Positions 29,261-43,293 of a DNA stretch of 64,000 bases are shown here, one piece after another (position 1 is the stretch's first letter; each line of letters begins with the position of its first letter). Location of the stretch: the NCBI GenBank assembly GCA_964016885.1, contig OZ024747.1:91636001-91700000 (forward strand), written 5' to 3'. The notes beneath the pieces were generated by a model. The model did not search any database. It saw only the letters and a list, made by a program, of their open reading frames with translations, and was not told where the DNA came from. This DNA is from Eledone cirrhosa. Taxonomy: Eukaryota. A program made the position numbers and the translations under genes.

Positions 29261-29872
29261 GCAAACACACGAAGACAAATACATATTGCGTATAATCGTG
29301 TGAATGTTCATGTTATAATTGTTTAAATGTCTAGTAAATGTTTTTTCATGACTTAAGCAGACCGTTTAATAGTATGTTTAGTAGGTTAGATAGCACACAC
29401 TTCATTAAAACACACAAATGCGAAGTTGACAGAAAGGCTCAAGAGAATAAGACGGATATTTTACATCAGAAATAAGAACCGTGCCAAAATAACAGAAACC
29501 ATTCCAAAAGAAATAGTATCCGTTCCTTTAAATAAACAACGCACTGGAAAAGAAAACGCATAGATGTTTAGACAAAGTCAACATTAGCTTTATTATGTAC
29601 ATAATAGTTCGTCGTATATATACATATACGTACGCCGTCTACATAGCTTTACACAACGTGGAAGCTAATGTAATCGGACATCACAATGCTATGAATAAAG
29701 ATTATAAAAAATGAAAAGGTTCATTGAGAGTTAAAAGAACAAAAAAACTCTTTATAAGATCTCGCTCGTGTGAACCAGGGAGAGGTAGTACTGCTGAGAA
29801 AAAACAGGATCTAGAAGGATGACATTGATAATTTCTCGTCAATAGCTCTACTTCGACACAAATACTAATATA

Positions 29873-30562
29873 TTACTTAAAAAAATATATACGCTTAATG
29901 AACACAACCACATGTATATTGTCCGAACTTGGAAGATCCGAACTCCGACTGTTATCGCCTCCATCTATGTCGCCCTCCCCATCTCTCTGTATGGTGAGCA
30001 AATTGGGTCCCAAGTGCTGGGCTCCCCACAGTCCCGGCGCACAGAATGGAGAAGGTGTTTCCCCGGAGGATGGTAAAGGAGATGGGCTAGAAGAGTTTAA
30101 GAGGGTGGCTGCTGTCATCGGTAGTGTAGTTAAGGAAGTGTTGCCTCGCAGCAGATTTATCTACAAAAAAATCGGTTTTTAATGAAGATGTCATTGGTGG
30201 GATTGTGATCAATTTGGATCAATGGAAAGATTTTTAACATGGTGGCTGTACTCAATAGAGTTGTGTTCCGTTTAATTTGCTGAGCCCTTGAAAGTACAGT
30301 ACAGTCCGTAAAGTGTGTCAAGGTTTCCATTTCTCTTCATCACCCCTTTCTCAGCACTGTCTTCTGAATTACTACAGGAGAAACTAGAGATTTTGAGTCC
30401 ATCCCCTTTGAAATGGGTACATGCTGATTGTGCCACCTTTATGGTATCAGAAACCATATATGATAATGGGATTAACACTGTTTTAACGGAAGGCAAAGAG
30501 ATGAAATTAGCTGAGCGGTAGTCACCTGTAATTGTTTGGGAAGACATAACGAGTGCGTACAT
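29873..30562 (-). other. Non-repetitive, GC-richer segment with possible coding exon(s) or decayed ORF; unidentified
   Basis: Two same-frame minus ORFs (30272-30562, 29873-30118); TTTTTTGTAG acceptor-like site just before an open frame at 30160; no recognisable domain. Confidence 0.25.
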
Positions 30563-30700
30563 TGATCCTGTTAGTGATTACTACACGAAAGTCGTGGTTT
30601 TGCTTTTTATAAAGTTTAAAATCTTCTAGAAGAGACACCATTCAAAGAACAAACGGTGCATCTAATGCAAACCCTATCTGCATATATATATATATGTATA

Positions 30701-31534
30701 TACTATAGAGTAAAGCATGTCCAGAGAATTATTTGATAATATATATACATCATCTCTACTCCCAATCAGCATAATTAACCACACAAAAAAGTTACAAAAA
30801 CACATATATACCTGTGACTTTGTTTAATTGGTGCATGTGTAAATATTTATATTTAATAATCTCCCATAAGGGTGAGATAAAAATTTGGGCGATATTGGGC
30901 TGCGCTTTCTAGCAACTAACCCACTCGCCGTAAGCAACCAATCACACCCTTCCTGACTTGACCACTGCCACGTCACAGTTCTCAACCATTTTGAATTCGG
31001 CGGGGAAGGGAGCTGGGCACTTCAGAAAATAATATGTCCTAGTGAGTTTATCCCCTGATGAGCTCTAAACTCGAGTATAAACCTTAAATAAGGTATCTCA
31101 AAAGTGAGCGAAACCAAAGGGTCGGGATTTAGTGATTTAATCCTGGTATGTATATAACATTAATTTTTACCTAATTATGTATGGTTGACCGTATATTTAA
31201 TTAATTTCCACGTGCTAATGAAATGTTGGGTAAATATTCTATAGCGGTTGCACGCGAAGACGCCACGATAGCGTATTTATTTACTGTTTCTTTATAGATG
31301 CCTTTTATTCTTATAGCCTGGTCTAATTGATTTTTTGTGTGGTTAATTATGCTGATTGGGAGTAGAGATGATGTATATATATTATCAAATAATTCTCTGG
31401 GCATACTTTACTCTATAGTATTTCGCTCTGATTAATTTATTAATTCTTCATTGAGCCACATCGTGAAAAGTTGCAAAAACACATATATACCTGTGACTTT
31501 ATTTAATTGGTGTATGTGTAAATATTTATATTTA
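30701..31534 (+). mobile_element. HHR-bearing non-coding retroelement: 90-bp 5' inversion, 679-bp unit and 65-bp terminal direct repeat, ending in (TA)n
   Basis: 30701-30790 is the inverse of 31331-31420; 30791-30855 repeats at 31470-31534. Confidence 0.8.
31050..31128 (+). ncRNA. Canonical type I hammerhead ribozyme
   Basis: Stem I ATCCC/GGGAT, CTGATGA, stem II GCTC/GAGC with extended loop hairpin ACCTTA-aa-TAAGGT, GAAA, stem III CC-aaag-GG, GTC cleavage site (after 31123). Confidence 0.88.
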
Positions 31535-31591
<57 letters not shown>

Positions 31592-33033
31592 GTAAAAAAG
31601 AAAAAAAAACAGTAGAAAATGCTAAAGGGATTTTCTCTCAGAATAACATCAAAACATTTATTTACAAAATAGGAATATATATATATAGGTGTGTATTTGT
31701 GTGTGTATGTGTGTGTTTTACAAAGGGTTATCCTTTATACTTCGGAGAAATATACTTTGTATCCCCAATAAAGGAGTTCAAATGTTTTGTGATTCACTAT
31801 GAGTGCATTGACATATGTTTGTATGTTTCCATATCCATCTACAAACATTTATCTACACATTAAAAAACATACACAGAATAACCTATATAATGTTTGCCAC
31901 TGCCATTGTGATCCTAAAGCTGTAAATATTGATTCACTTAAATCTTATTTTATATCATCTAGAGTCTTCGCTTCCCTCCTCCACCTTACCATCATCTTGT
32001 TATTCTCTAAGTATTTCAACTCCTTTTCACTCAGTCATAATATCATTTTACTATATCACTGTAGGCTGCACCTGTCCCCTTCTCTCAGTTTATTTCTTTA
32101 TTTCTCACGTAAAGTCGTTCTCTCTTAATTTCTTTCATAATTTGCCTGATTTCCCGCCTTCTCACCTCGCTTCATTACTAAGAGCCTGCTATTACCTTAC
32201 TAAGAGCCTGCTTTTCCCTTCACCGCCTTATTTGATTTATTAGCCACTTATACATTATTCACTCATAAATATATACACACATCCGCATGCACACAATCAC
32301 ACACAGGTTACATATAATATACCTATTTATATATTTATATGTATACATATATATTCATATATATATTTATATGTATGTATATATGTATTTATCTCTCTGC
32401 CCCACCTTCTCCTTCTCTCTCTATGTATATATATAATATAATTAGAGAGAGACATACATACAGACAGACAAGCAGGCAGACAGAGAGAGGGTGGAGAATT
32501 ACTATATTTATAGTAAGACAGTTTACGCTTGTTTCTTTTTCCAGAATCTAGACTTTCCTTGACAACTGTAATCACAGCTGCTATCATAACTTATTATATA
32601 TATTCTTCTTTACTATTTACTGCTATAAGTTACCATTGCTTTAAATATGAGAAAATTGCCCCAGTGTACTGATAACATTAAGTGTCTGCACGTAACTTTA
32701 TGATGTTGTTTTTTCTCTTCCAATAAACTATGGATTAAGAATAAAATGTGCAGTCGCATTTGTATTGTTGAAGAGGTAAACACACATAGTATTAAATAAC
32801 TATCATGAAATCCCGGTCATATTTTCCTCATAATATTCAAGATTATTTGATATTATTAAGTATTTCTATCGTGACATTTACACATTGGATAATAACATAT
32901 TGTTGAGATATCTTTATTATTATCGGTTACACATTCAATGTTGTTTCGGATTTCTCAATGGATATCAACTGTATTTTCTTCTTTCCCAATACAAATAAGT
33001 TATCAATGGATAGATATAGGGTTGTATTTCTAA

Positions 33034-33123
33034 TTACTTGTTCCTATTACCCACTCTACTACTCTAAGTATTGAGTACTTTGGTGCGTTATGGTCCACCT
33101 GGTTCCTTACCACATTTCCTTCG

Positions 33124-33125
<2 letters not shown>
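33034..33125 (+). mobile_element. 3' tail of family H1 element
   Basis: TTCCTATTACCCACTCTACT...TTGAGTACTTTGGTGCGTTA...TTCGTT-(TA)n, as at 13691 and 51617. Confidence 0.8.
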
Positions 33126-33216
<91 letters not shown>

Positions 33217-33341
33217 GAAATACAACCCTATATCTATCCATTGATAACTTATTTGTATTGGGAAAGAAGAAAATATATGTCCCAAGGCTCTGATACCATC
33301 AACACAATAAACACAGAGCTGGCATATCTAAGAACTGCCTA

Positions 33342-33399
33342 ACTGCCTGATGAGCTCATAGCCATTCAATGGCTATCATCGAAATATATATATAGCAGT
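33342..33399 (+). ncRNA. Type I hammerhead ribozyme, copy 1
   Basis: Stem I ACTGC/GCAGT, CTGATGA, G...C closing an ATAGCCATT-c-AATGGCTAT hairpin, GAAA, palindromic TATATATA stem III, ATA cleavage site. Confidence 0.8.
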
Positions 33400-33446
33400 A
33401 AATAAAGGATTATGAGTTCATGCAATTGACTTATGTCTCGTCATCG

Positions 33447-33510
<64 letters not shown>

Positions 33511-33635
33511 GAAATACAACCCTATATCTATCCATTGATAACTTATTTGTATTGGGAAAGAAGAAAATATATGTCCCAAGGCTCTGATACCATCAACACA
33601 ATAAACACAGAGCTGGCATATCTAAGAACTGCCTA

Positions 33636-33693
33636 ACTGCCTGATGAGCTCATAGCCATTCAATGGCTATCATCGAAATATATATATAGCAGT
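33636..33693 (+). ncRNA. Type I hammerhead ribozyme, copy 2
   Basis: Same sequence as 33342-33399. Confidence 0.8.
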
Positions 33694-33740
33694 AAATAAA
33701 GGATTATGAGTTCATGCAATTGACTTATGTCTCGTCATCG

Positions 33741-34150
<410 letters not shown>

Positions 34151-34599
34151 GGGCCTAAGCCCAAAGCCCAATCACCCTCCCCTTCCTCCTCCCCTTTCTT
34201 CTGCGACAGCAGAGCTCTTGCCATCCCCTCCCTATTCCGTTCTTTTTTCTTTTTTTTCTATATTTCCCTATTACTTCTTTCCTTTTGTCCCTCCTTTTTT
34301 CTTACTAAATTTTATTTTAAAAACAAACATCGTTTCATATGTAAAAAAATAATAAAAAAATAATAAAAAAATAATAAAAAAATAATAAAAAAAATAATAA
34401 AAAAATAAAAAAATAAAAAAAATTCTATGGCTATGCCCACTAAAAATATAAACACCAATGGTGTAAGTGAAATTGAATTAAATCCTACAGCAATCTCAAA
34501 CCATATCCCATTTTCAAATTGTCGAAATCTTAGCCCTTACTGTGTGCCAATAACAATCTTTGGTGAGGAATAATATTTATATTATTAATTGTTCTACAT

Positions 34600-34790
34600 A
34601 ATGGTTTCTGATTTAGGCACAACACAATTTGAAAGGAAAGGGAGAGTTGATTAAATCGAAACCAGTGTGTTACTTTTAATTTATCGACCTCGTAAGGATG
34701 AAAGGCAAAGTTAACCTGGGCGGGATTTGAACAGAGAACATAGCAAGTGCCGTAACTGAGTACCACAAATTACGTTGTCCGGTGTTCAAA
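34600..34790 (-). mobile_element. Older SINE family A-related copy
   Basis: GTAAGGATGAAAGGCAAAGTTAACC and GGATTTGAAC. Confidence 0.75.
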
Positions 34791-35786
34791 ATCACGCAAT
34801 GGACATAAAGCTCAAAATGTATTTACTGAAGATGAATGTTTTTGAAATTGCGTAGACCTATTTCTATTGACCCCGAAATACTGAATGGCAAAGTCATCTC
34901 TATAATAATATTAAGGAAAGTAACCTTGATATATTAATATCTGCATGAGCACAGAAACCAGTGTTGTTATGTAGTAGTGCCTTGAGAATTGTAAGGAGAT
35001 TTCATTGTGATGTCATCAACGTATATGACTGCCTGTATCTTTTAAGTAGGCGTGGGAAAGTTATGAAGAAACTGTAAGTTTTAGAAGGAATAAATAATCT
35101 AACAGGAAGATTCCAAACCAACGTTTTATTTTGTGCCATAATGTAGTATTGATTAATTCCTATATGGCTGGATAGTAGTAAATGAAGTTGAAATTTTGCT
35201 GATGTCAACAGTAATTGGAACAATACATAACGAAGGTGTTTTGTTATTGAAACTATCATGTATTTTTACATTAGGTTTGTGAGTAATATAATATTCAGGA
35301 CCTATTCTTTGATTTGGACAGGGAGCAGTGTGGGTTAGTGAAATCATGGATATTCTTTTTAGAGTGTTTTATTTAGAATAAACATAGCAGTATGATGTTA
35401 CCTCAGGCTTTAAAATTTTTATAATTATGCCTCGCATCTGGATTCTGTGATTTTGATCATATATATATATATATATATGTATATATATGTATATAACCTG
35501 GGGCAAAATTACATACAAATCAAATATGATAAAAAATAAATGCATAAATGCACAGAAATATATTTTAAAATTATCTTTTCTTTAATCAGACAAAGCACCC
35601 ATTTGTTTATTAGGTACACCAAGTAGAGTTAAGTTTTATAAAATATGTTTGGCATCTCGCGGATTAAATCAGGTTCATGAACCATCTGTGCTTTACCCAT
35701 TCGTTTCGTGCATGAACTTAAACTTACATGGCTTAAGATTTGAGACAGGCATTTGACTACTACAAGTATGCGTTCGTGCTGTAAAC

Positions 35787-38780
35787 CAAGGGTTCTCAAC
35801 CTGGTCCATGTGGACCACCAGTGGTCCACAGGAAAATTCAGGGGGTACACAGAAAATTTTCTGTGGACCACCTGAAAAATTAAAATTCTTCCGTACACGC
35901 ACACGTGACACAAACGAAACATGCCTCATCACACCTCGCACCTGTGAGTGCGCTTGAGAGCACGCCTTTCCTATTGCACGATTAGCTATCCAATCATACA
36001 CGGACGCGTACCAGACAAGTACAGACGCGTACAGACGTTAGCACGCATAAAAACACACAACAAATCGCCTGTTCTCGGCCAGTCGACACGATCGTATTTT
36101 CTACCTGACTTTTGAATTGAGGATTACTGGTGAAACAGCAGTTCTTACGGCTTGCCCAACATAACATATTATCTCTCCAGGTACGTACATTTTTACGCAA
36201 GTGTTAGTCAATTGTAGTCTGTAGAAATTTTGTTGTCAGTGATATGGAAAAACGTTCCCTAAATTCTTCGTTCACCGAATCGGAAAAACGATTTTGTAGA
36301 CGATATAACTCAGATTATATCAGATATGTTTTTTTTATCCAGCGCAGAGGATCCACAGTGTATCATCTGCTCAAAAATATTAACTAACGACTCAATGAAA
36401 CTTTCGAAATTATTGTATCATCAAAACCAAGTCCATCCCGATTTATATGGCAAGCCTAAGAAGTACTTCGAAGAATATCTTCGCAAAAAAAAAGCGTCAT
36501 CTGCATCACTGAAAACTTTCCTATCCCATGTTTACAACAGTTCTGGTCTGCAAGCGTCCTACAACATTTCGCTCATGATAGCAAAACAGGGTCGCCCACA
36601 TACCATTGGTGAAGACCTGATTAGGCCCTCAATACTTGAAGGATATAAAGTTGCTAATGTGTCGAACGCTGCCTCAGTTTTAGCAACTATTCCACTTTCC
36701 AACAGCACGGTATCTTCCCGCATTTCTGAAATGGCTGAAGATGTCAAATGTACAGTTGTAGAAGAATTGCGACACTGCAGATTTTCGTTGACGGTGGATG
36801 ACAGCACTTTTGACAACCAATGTGTTGTGCTTGCTTTTGCTCGCTATGTAAAAGGGACCACGGTTTGTGAAAACCTACTTTTTATGACAACTGTACTGAA
36901 AAACACTGGAGAGATGATCTACAATGCAGTCATAGATTTTCTCACTAAAAATGACATTGATCCGCACAACATCACATCAATATGCACTGATGGAGAAGCC
37001 TCTATGGTTGGAAAATCCCAGGGTTTTGTTGCAAGATGGAGAGAATTTAATCACATCTTCACAACTCATTGCGTACTCCATCGAGAACATCGGAAGTGAT
37101 ACCTTTTCTGAAATCCTTAACACAATTGTTTCCGCAGTCAACAAGATCAAAAGATCTGGTCTTCGGGACAGGCTTTTCCAAGAAGCTTGTAAAGATGAAA
37201 CGTTCAACCGTCTGTTGTATTCGACAGATATACGCTGGCTATCAATGGGAGGCTGCCTTGGACGTTTTATTGCACTCTTCGATAAAGTCATAGAATTTCT
37301 TCAACAGACTGATCCAATTATGACAGCATCACTTTCTGAGAAAAAACCCGCAATTTTGTACTTACATGAGATCTTTCAAAAACTAAATGAATTTAACCTT
37401 TCTTTGCAAAAGCAGAACATCAACGTTGTACGTGCCAAACACGTCATAAGCTCGTTCTATGAAAATTTCAAATTGAAGATCATAACTTTTCGCAGTTCGA
37501 GAGCTTAAAAACTGTTGTGGTAGATAATGACTTGCACAAATCTATAATCGAGCATCTATCTTTCCTTCACAAAAACTTCAATAATCATTTTGAAGATCTT
37601 TTGGCTTTAAATATCCCAATTTTTGTGGATTCTCTTCACACAATGTCTATGAACGACATACTTGTTCAACTAGAATGTCTTCAGATGGAGCTCTGTGAGG
37701 CGACGGTAGATGATAATCTGCGTAAATTTTCTGAAACTAACTGGGTCGAGGCTTGGTTGAATCATTGTCAAGAATATCCAAAGCTGTTTGAACAAGTCGA
37801 GCCTTTCATAATAAATCTCCCTACATCTTACTTGGCTGAAAAGGGATTTTCCATTGTCCTCCACACATACACAAAGCAGCGGAGGCGGTTGATCCTCGAC
37901 AACAATGCCGATTTGAGACTTCGCTTGAGCCACATAGAGCCGAGGATTTCTAAACCTGTGGATCAAAAACAAGCACAAGGGTCTCATTGACAGTTTTTTG
38001 ACGTGTTGTCTGATGACGTAGCGTAATTGTGTTGTTGACATTTTTAATTCAACTAAATTTGTTGTATTCCCTCAAACGTTTACACAACCTTTTGTACTGA
38101 TCCCAACTTAAATCTTCTCATTTTTGTAACTTACCCTACACATTATCATATTTAAACTGAACAGCTTTCCATTTCATCTGAATGATAGGGAGTGTTTTCC
38201 AGGACTCGGTAACCTTTTTCTACACGATTCTATCAAATAAAGCTTTATTGAAAAAAATAGACATTTTCAAATTGGTTTTCTTATTGGTGTTCTCATTTGT
38301 TTGTTCTCTGTCGTCTTGGTGCTTAAAACATGTCCCTTAGGGGAACAAAAAAGGAACTTTCATTGCAAAGTGAAAATGGTATTGACCAATCAAATCGATC
38401 TTACCAATTAAAAGTAGAAACTTATTCTCAACATCAATGCTTCATATTTTTTCGCTGAGATATGAAATCGAAAAAATTCAAATTAATAACGAATAAGTTA
38501 CGCGTTGCTTGATGCAATGGCAAATTCCTTTTTGATCCATGCATTTGACTTAAAGCGCTGTTCTTATTCTTCGCATAAGTACGATTTCAGCTGTTTATAT
38601 GCATAGATATTTAGGCACTGCGACATGATAATAGCATTTTCTAATTCATTGAAAATAAAAACATCTACTGATGCTTATAAGTAGCAGTTATATTACAAAA
38701 GATTTTAAAGTTTAGGTGGTCCACAGGAAAAAATTACTTACTTTGGTAGCCTACAGCGAAAAAAAGGTTGAGAACCCCTG
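35787..38780 (+). mobile_element. Full-length hAT DNA transposon (Buster/Charlie type), 2994 bp
   Basis: 16-bp TIRs CAAGGGTTCTCAACCT / AGGTTGAGAACCCCTG (1 mismatch); perfect 8-bp TSD CTGTAAAC at 35779-35786 and 38781-38788 with central TA. Confidence 0.95.
36244..37990 (+). pseudogene. hAT Buster/Charlie-like transposase, disrupted by three frame changes (~36330, ~37090, ~37500)
   Basis: BED finger (CIICSKIL...HQNQVH), DDST, CTDG, HCVLHRE, RWLS, TSYLAEKGFS and C-terminal QAQGSH. Confidence 0.92.
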
Positions 38781-39283
38781 CTGTAAACGAACAGTGAAGA
38801 TGCGAATACCATTCGTCCACTCTTGACGCAGAAACAACGCTTCAAGAACAATTTAGCGCCACAGTAGATTGTATCTGATCCAAAACACTAAAATAAAAGA
38901 TAAAATATTCTTACTCAGCAACTCCAAAGTCAAAGTTGCCAAAGAATCATAGGACGAGTGGAATATTAACTGAACACTTTTGCTTCTAACTAAATGTTAG
39001 AAACACAATTTAGTAATCTCCAACTGTATTCTGAGAAGCAAAAATACTAGAGAACCTTGTTGAAATAAAAGCATTGATGTAACATTAACGACCATCGTAC
39101 GGTTCTGCTATCACACAAATTTGTATCTATCACGCGTCATTATAGAAGCCGATGTTATTCGGACAGAAGCTACATGCTTTTCTATCTGTCTTACAGTCTA
39201 TCTGATCGTGTGGCTCTCTATCTACAGCTATCTACATATCCGAAGAAAAAAAGTACTTTTTCAAATATGCATAAGTACAAAAA

Positions 39284-39450
39284 TAATTGTTTCTACTTTT
39301 GGTACAAGGCCAGCAATTACCCCAGTTCCTAACTGGTACTTTATTTTATCGACCCCGTAAGGATGAAAGGCAAAGTTAAACTCAGAACCCAAAGGGCCAT
39401 AACTCTATGCTGCAAATCATGGTCTCTGACACTCTACAAATACTGCCAAT
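39284..39450 (-). mobile_element. SINE family A copy with deletion
   Basis: Homology to other copies. Confidence 0.82.
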
Positions 39451-39529
39451 TTTCCAAACAATAAAGTATGAATCAGTCTAAGGATAGAGCTTCATCAGTA
39501 GAACAGTCATCGCATGGCTATATGCTTAA

Positions 39530-39702
39530 TAATTGTTTCTACTTTTGGCACAAGGCCAGCAATTACCCAGTGCATTACTGGTACTTTATTTTATCGACCC
39601 CGTAAGGACGAATGGCAAAGTTAACTTCGGCGGGATTTGAACTCAGAATAGCAAGGAACGTAACTCTATGCGTCAAAGTATGGTGTCGGGCCCTCTACCG
39701 AT
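39530..39702 (-). mobile_element. SINE family A copy
   Basis: Homology to other copies. Confidence 0.88.
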
Positions 39703-39748
39703 ATATGTTTAATAATGATCAGGGAAGAACATTATTGAAATAGATTTA

Positions 39749-39935
39749 GAGGGCGGTGGATTGGCAGTATCGGTAGAGGGTCGGACGCCATGCTTTCCAG
39801 CATAGTTACGTCTCTTTACGATCTGAGTTCAAATCCCGCCAAAGTTGACTTTGCCTTTCATCCTTACGGGGTCGATAAAATAAAGTACCAGTAATACACT
39901 GGGTAATTGCTGGCCTTGTGCCTAGAGTAGAAACA
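39749..39935 (+). mobile_element. SINE family A copy with 18-bp TSD ATTATTGAAATAGATTTA
   Basis: Direct repeat at 39731-39748 and 39936-39953. Confidence 0.92.
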
Positions 39936-40106
39936 ATTATTGAAATAGATTTAAATTGGTGGAAAGAGAAACACAGTGGTATCCAGTGGGTCAAGATGAG
40001 GAATATCAAAGACAACTCGAAGATCCAAGTATCTTTACGTAGAATGTTGGCAAGCACCTAATAATAAATTAGATTGTTTTACTACATTGTCCGCCATTAT
40101 GTAGAC

Positions 40107-40438
40107 CAGAGGTTCTCAAACTTTTGGGGACATCGCTCCCCTCACGTCCACATAATACCCTCAGCAGTCCCCCTCACTATTTCCAGAGCGACCTGTCTAC
40201 ATACAATATATAATATAATATAATATATAATAAATAAAATCGTTTATATATAATAAATATAAATATATACTATGTATAAGTAGATATTGTATATTTTTTT
40301 TATTTTACTATATTTATATATAATATGTATCATATGACATTTAACATACTATTATATCATCTCTACTGCCCCACTTAGGCCCACTGGACCTTCTCAACGC
40401 CCGTTGGGAGACGGTAGCACCCACTTTGAGAACATCTA
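40107..40438. mobile_element. Non-autonomous hAT (Charlie-like) MITE
   Basis: TIRs CAGAGGTTCTCAAA / TTTGAGAACATCTA resembling the 35787 element ends; degenerate 8-bp TSD ATGTAGAC/GTGTAATC. Confidence 0.7.
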
Positions 40439-42048
40439 GTGTAATCAATAAACAGCGTTTAACAAATTAATATATTTACTAGTAAGTAAATCGTAGCAAC
40501 TAAACTGAATAGAAGGAATATTATCAGACTATGATCTTGTGAATGTATTGATATCGCTTTTAAATCCAAGCCAAAATATATAAAGACAACGTTTTATCTA
40601 TATAAATGTTATTTAGAATATATTATAATGAATGAAATGGAAGGGTGCGCCTTATACTTTTATGAAATTTAACGTCTGTTTGTAAAGTACAATTGCAGGT
40701 GAAATTATGTGTTGTGATTTTCTCTTGCATATGATTTTAATGATTAATCTAATCAGTGATTTTGCACCAGAAGTGGAGGATACAACATACATTTAAAATA
40801 ATGAGTGGATTAGATGAGCTTATGACCTAATTATATTATCACCTCATTTAGAAACTATTTCACTGTAACCCAGCTACCACCATTTCCACGACCATAATAA
40901 CAACAACATTTGTAGCATCTTTAACTTTATAATCATTAACATCATCATTAACATGACTAGCTAACATATCCACATTATCATTGTTGTCATCAAGAGTGCA
41001 TAACAACACTACCACTAATATATACAACAGTGAGTAGATCATTCTTCAACCAATTAATAATCTAAAATTTCATGAAGTTACCTTCACCGGAGCTTGTAAT
41101 CTTATCAAAGCTATATTTTACAACGAAATTACCAATTTAACTTTCTGAAGCAAAGTATATCGTGCGTAAGACATTTTAATATGGGTAAGAGGGTGGGGAA
41201 AAACAATCCTGTTATCCACAGTTTAGATTTGGATACTAAAATATGATATTTAAAACATCTGACTATGTAATTTATATTACTACTCATTCACTACTCATAC
41301 GGCACAATAAAATATACAGGATGAGAATAAAGTCTTCCCCGGATTATCAAATACCATATCTCGGATTCTATTTGAAATTTTAATTTTTCATTATTTTAAT
41401 TTATAAATTTAAAGTTTAAAGTGTCTCTGAACATGTTTTATATTTTCTTTTCTAAACCTGTTTTTCTATCTGGTTTATGTTTTGCTTAAAATCAGTGAAA
41501 TATTTTCTGCTCAATCTGTATATTCGAACGTGTCATCGTTTTCACCACAGACGCAAACCTTTATACAGCTACAAACCACGCATGGTTAAAAGTAAGGTGG
41601 ATTTAATAAGAATTTAGCAAATTATAATTCTAGTTGTTTTCAGAAGTCGTTTTTATGGTATCTTTGCAGTGCCTTGGCAAATAATCACAACTGAAAATCA
41701 CCGAGAAAATGTGATTGAACAGGTTTTATCTCGGCTTTAAATTCTAACAGCTTAACAACTATAATAATCTGACATCATTAATCCTTTTACCTCAGTTTTT
41801 ATGTCAAAGCTATTTTAGAAGTCGCTCGGAATGTTCGATTTATACTTACAGTATTAGAATCTCACATACACAAAACAATTAGAGCAGACAATCACACGCA
41901 TGAATAGGCCAGCACAACCCCAGATACACATATATGGTTCGCTCTCTATATCACATGGTGCCTCGCACCAATTTCACCACTTCTCTCTTTCTCCATATAT
42001 TCATATACTCAATAATATTAAATTACATACTCCCACACACACACAGAC

Positions 42049-42145
<97 letters not shown>

Positions 42146-42214
42146 GTATGCATGAGTGTATGTACGCATGCATGCATGTTTGCATATATACATGCATGTA
42201 TGCCTGTATGTATA

Positions 42215-42263
<49 letters not shown>

Positions 42264-43293
42264 CATATATACATACATATATATATGCATATATACATAT
42301 ACATATATATACACACACACATATATATATATATATCATGTTTGTGAGTGCATGCAGGTATGTATGTGTATGTTGGTGTATATGTGTTTGACATGCGTAT
42401 GTATGCCTTTTACATACTCAGCTATATTCGAAAAAATATAGAACAAAGACGCGACGTCTAAAAAATAATATAGAACACAAAAACAACATTTTGCCAGATG
42501 AAATATATCGCTCGTTCATTGAAATATATATCAAAAGGTGAGGGTTGTGTTTTGCAAAGATAAGCTTAACTCTACTGTTATATATTTATTTGTCTATTTA
42601 TTTGTTTATCGAATCTTTCATTTATTTCTATAAAACTTTATCTATTCATTTAGTCACATATGTATTTAATTATTTATCCCTTTGTTTGACGTTTCTTGAA
42701 AATTACAACTTTCCTTAGATCTACTACATTATGTTCTATATTTCATGTGTGTGTCTGTCTATTTGTGTCCATGTTTGTGTGTATGTGTATGGGTTTGAAT
42801 GTGTGTGAGTGTCTAGTTTAGCGTAGATTACAAAATAAGCTTCCAGTACTTAAACTTTCTTTTAAGACAGGTATGTCACAAATCCATTTCATTCGAAATC
42901 TATTTCATGAAAAATGTATGTGGTTAAACTTCGTATTTCCAAGAACGCTATGTTGTATTTCTATCTAGACACCTAGATAGTAATGCCCATTATTCCCTAT
43001 TTTTCTACCATTTGTCTCTGCCACATATCCATGCTCAGCGATTATCTCTACAAAACTACCAGTTTGAGAGTAAGGATATTTATAATCTGGTCATTAAATA
43101 ATGATCAAGATTAGATGTGCATTAGATTGTGAGGGATCAACAAATGCATGGATGCTCTGAAAAGTTTTAACTTCTTTAACAAAAGCATTTAACTTCTTTA
43201 TAGATGTCTATGTTTTTCACCTTTTTATATTTTTGCTATTTCCCTCCAAAAAATTATTGTTCTCTCTGTCTCTCTCTTGTTTTTCTAGCTTAA

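Noticed and set aside
32540-32587. Peptide similarity MIAAVITVVKESL versus VAAVIGSVVKEVL at ~30105
   Set aside because: Too short and on opposite strands; likely chance
34826-34860. CTGAAGA...GAAA hammerhead-like spacing
   Set aside because: No stem I or stem III pairing
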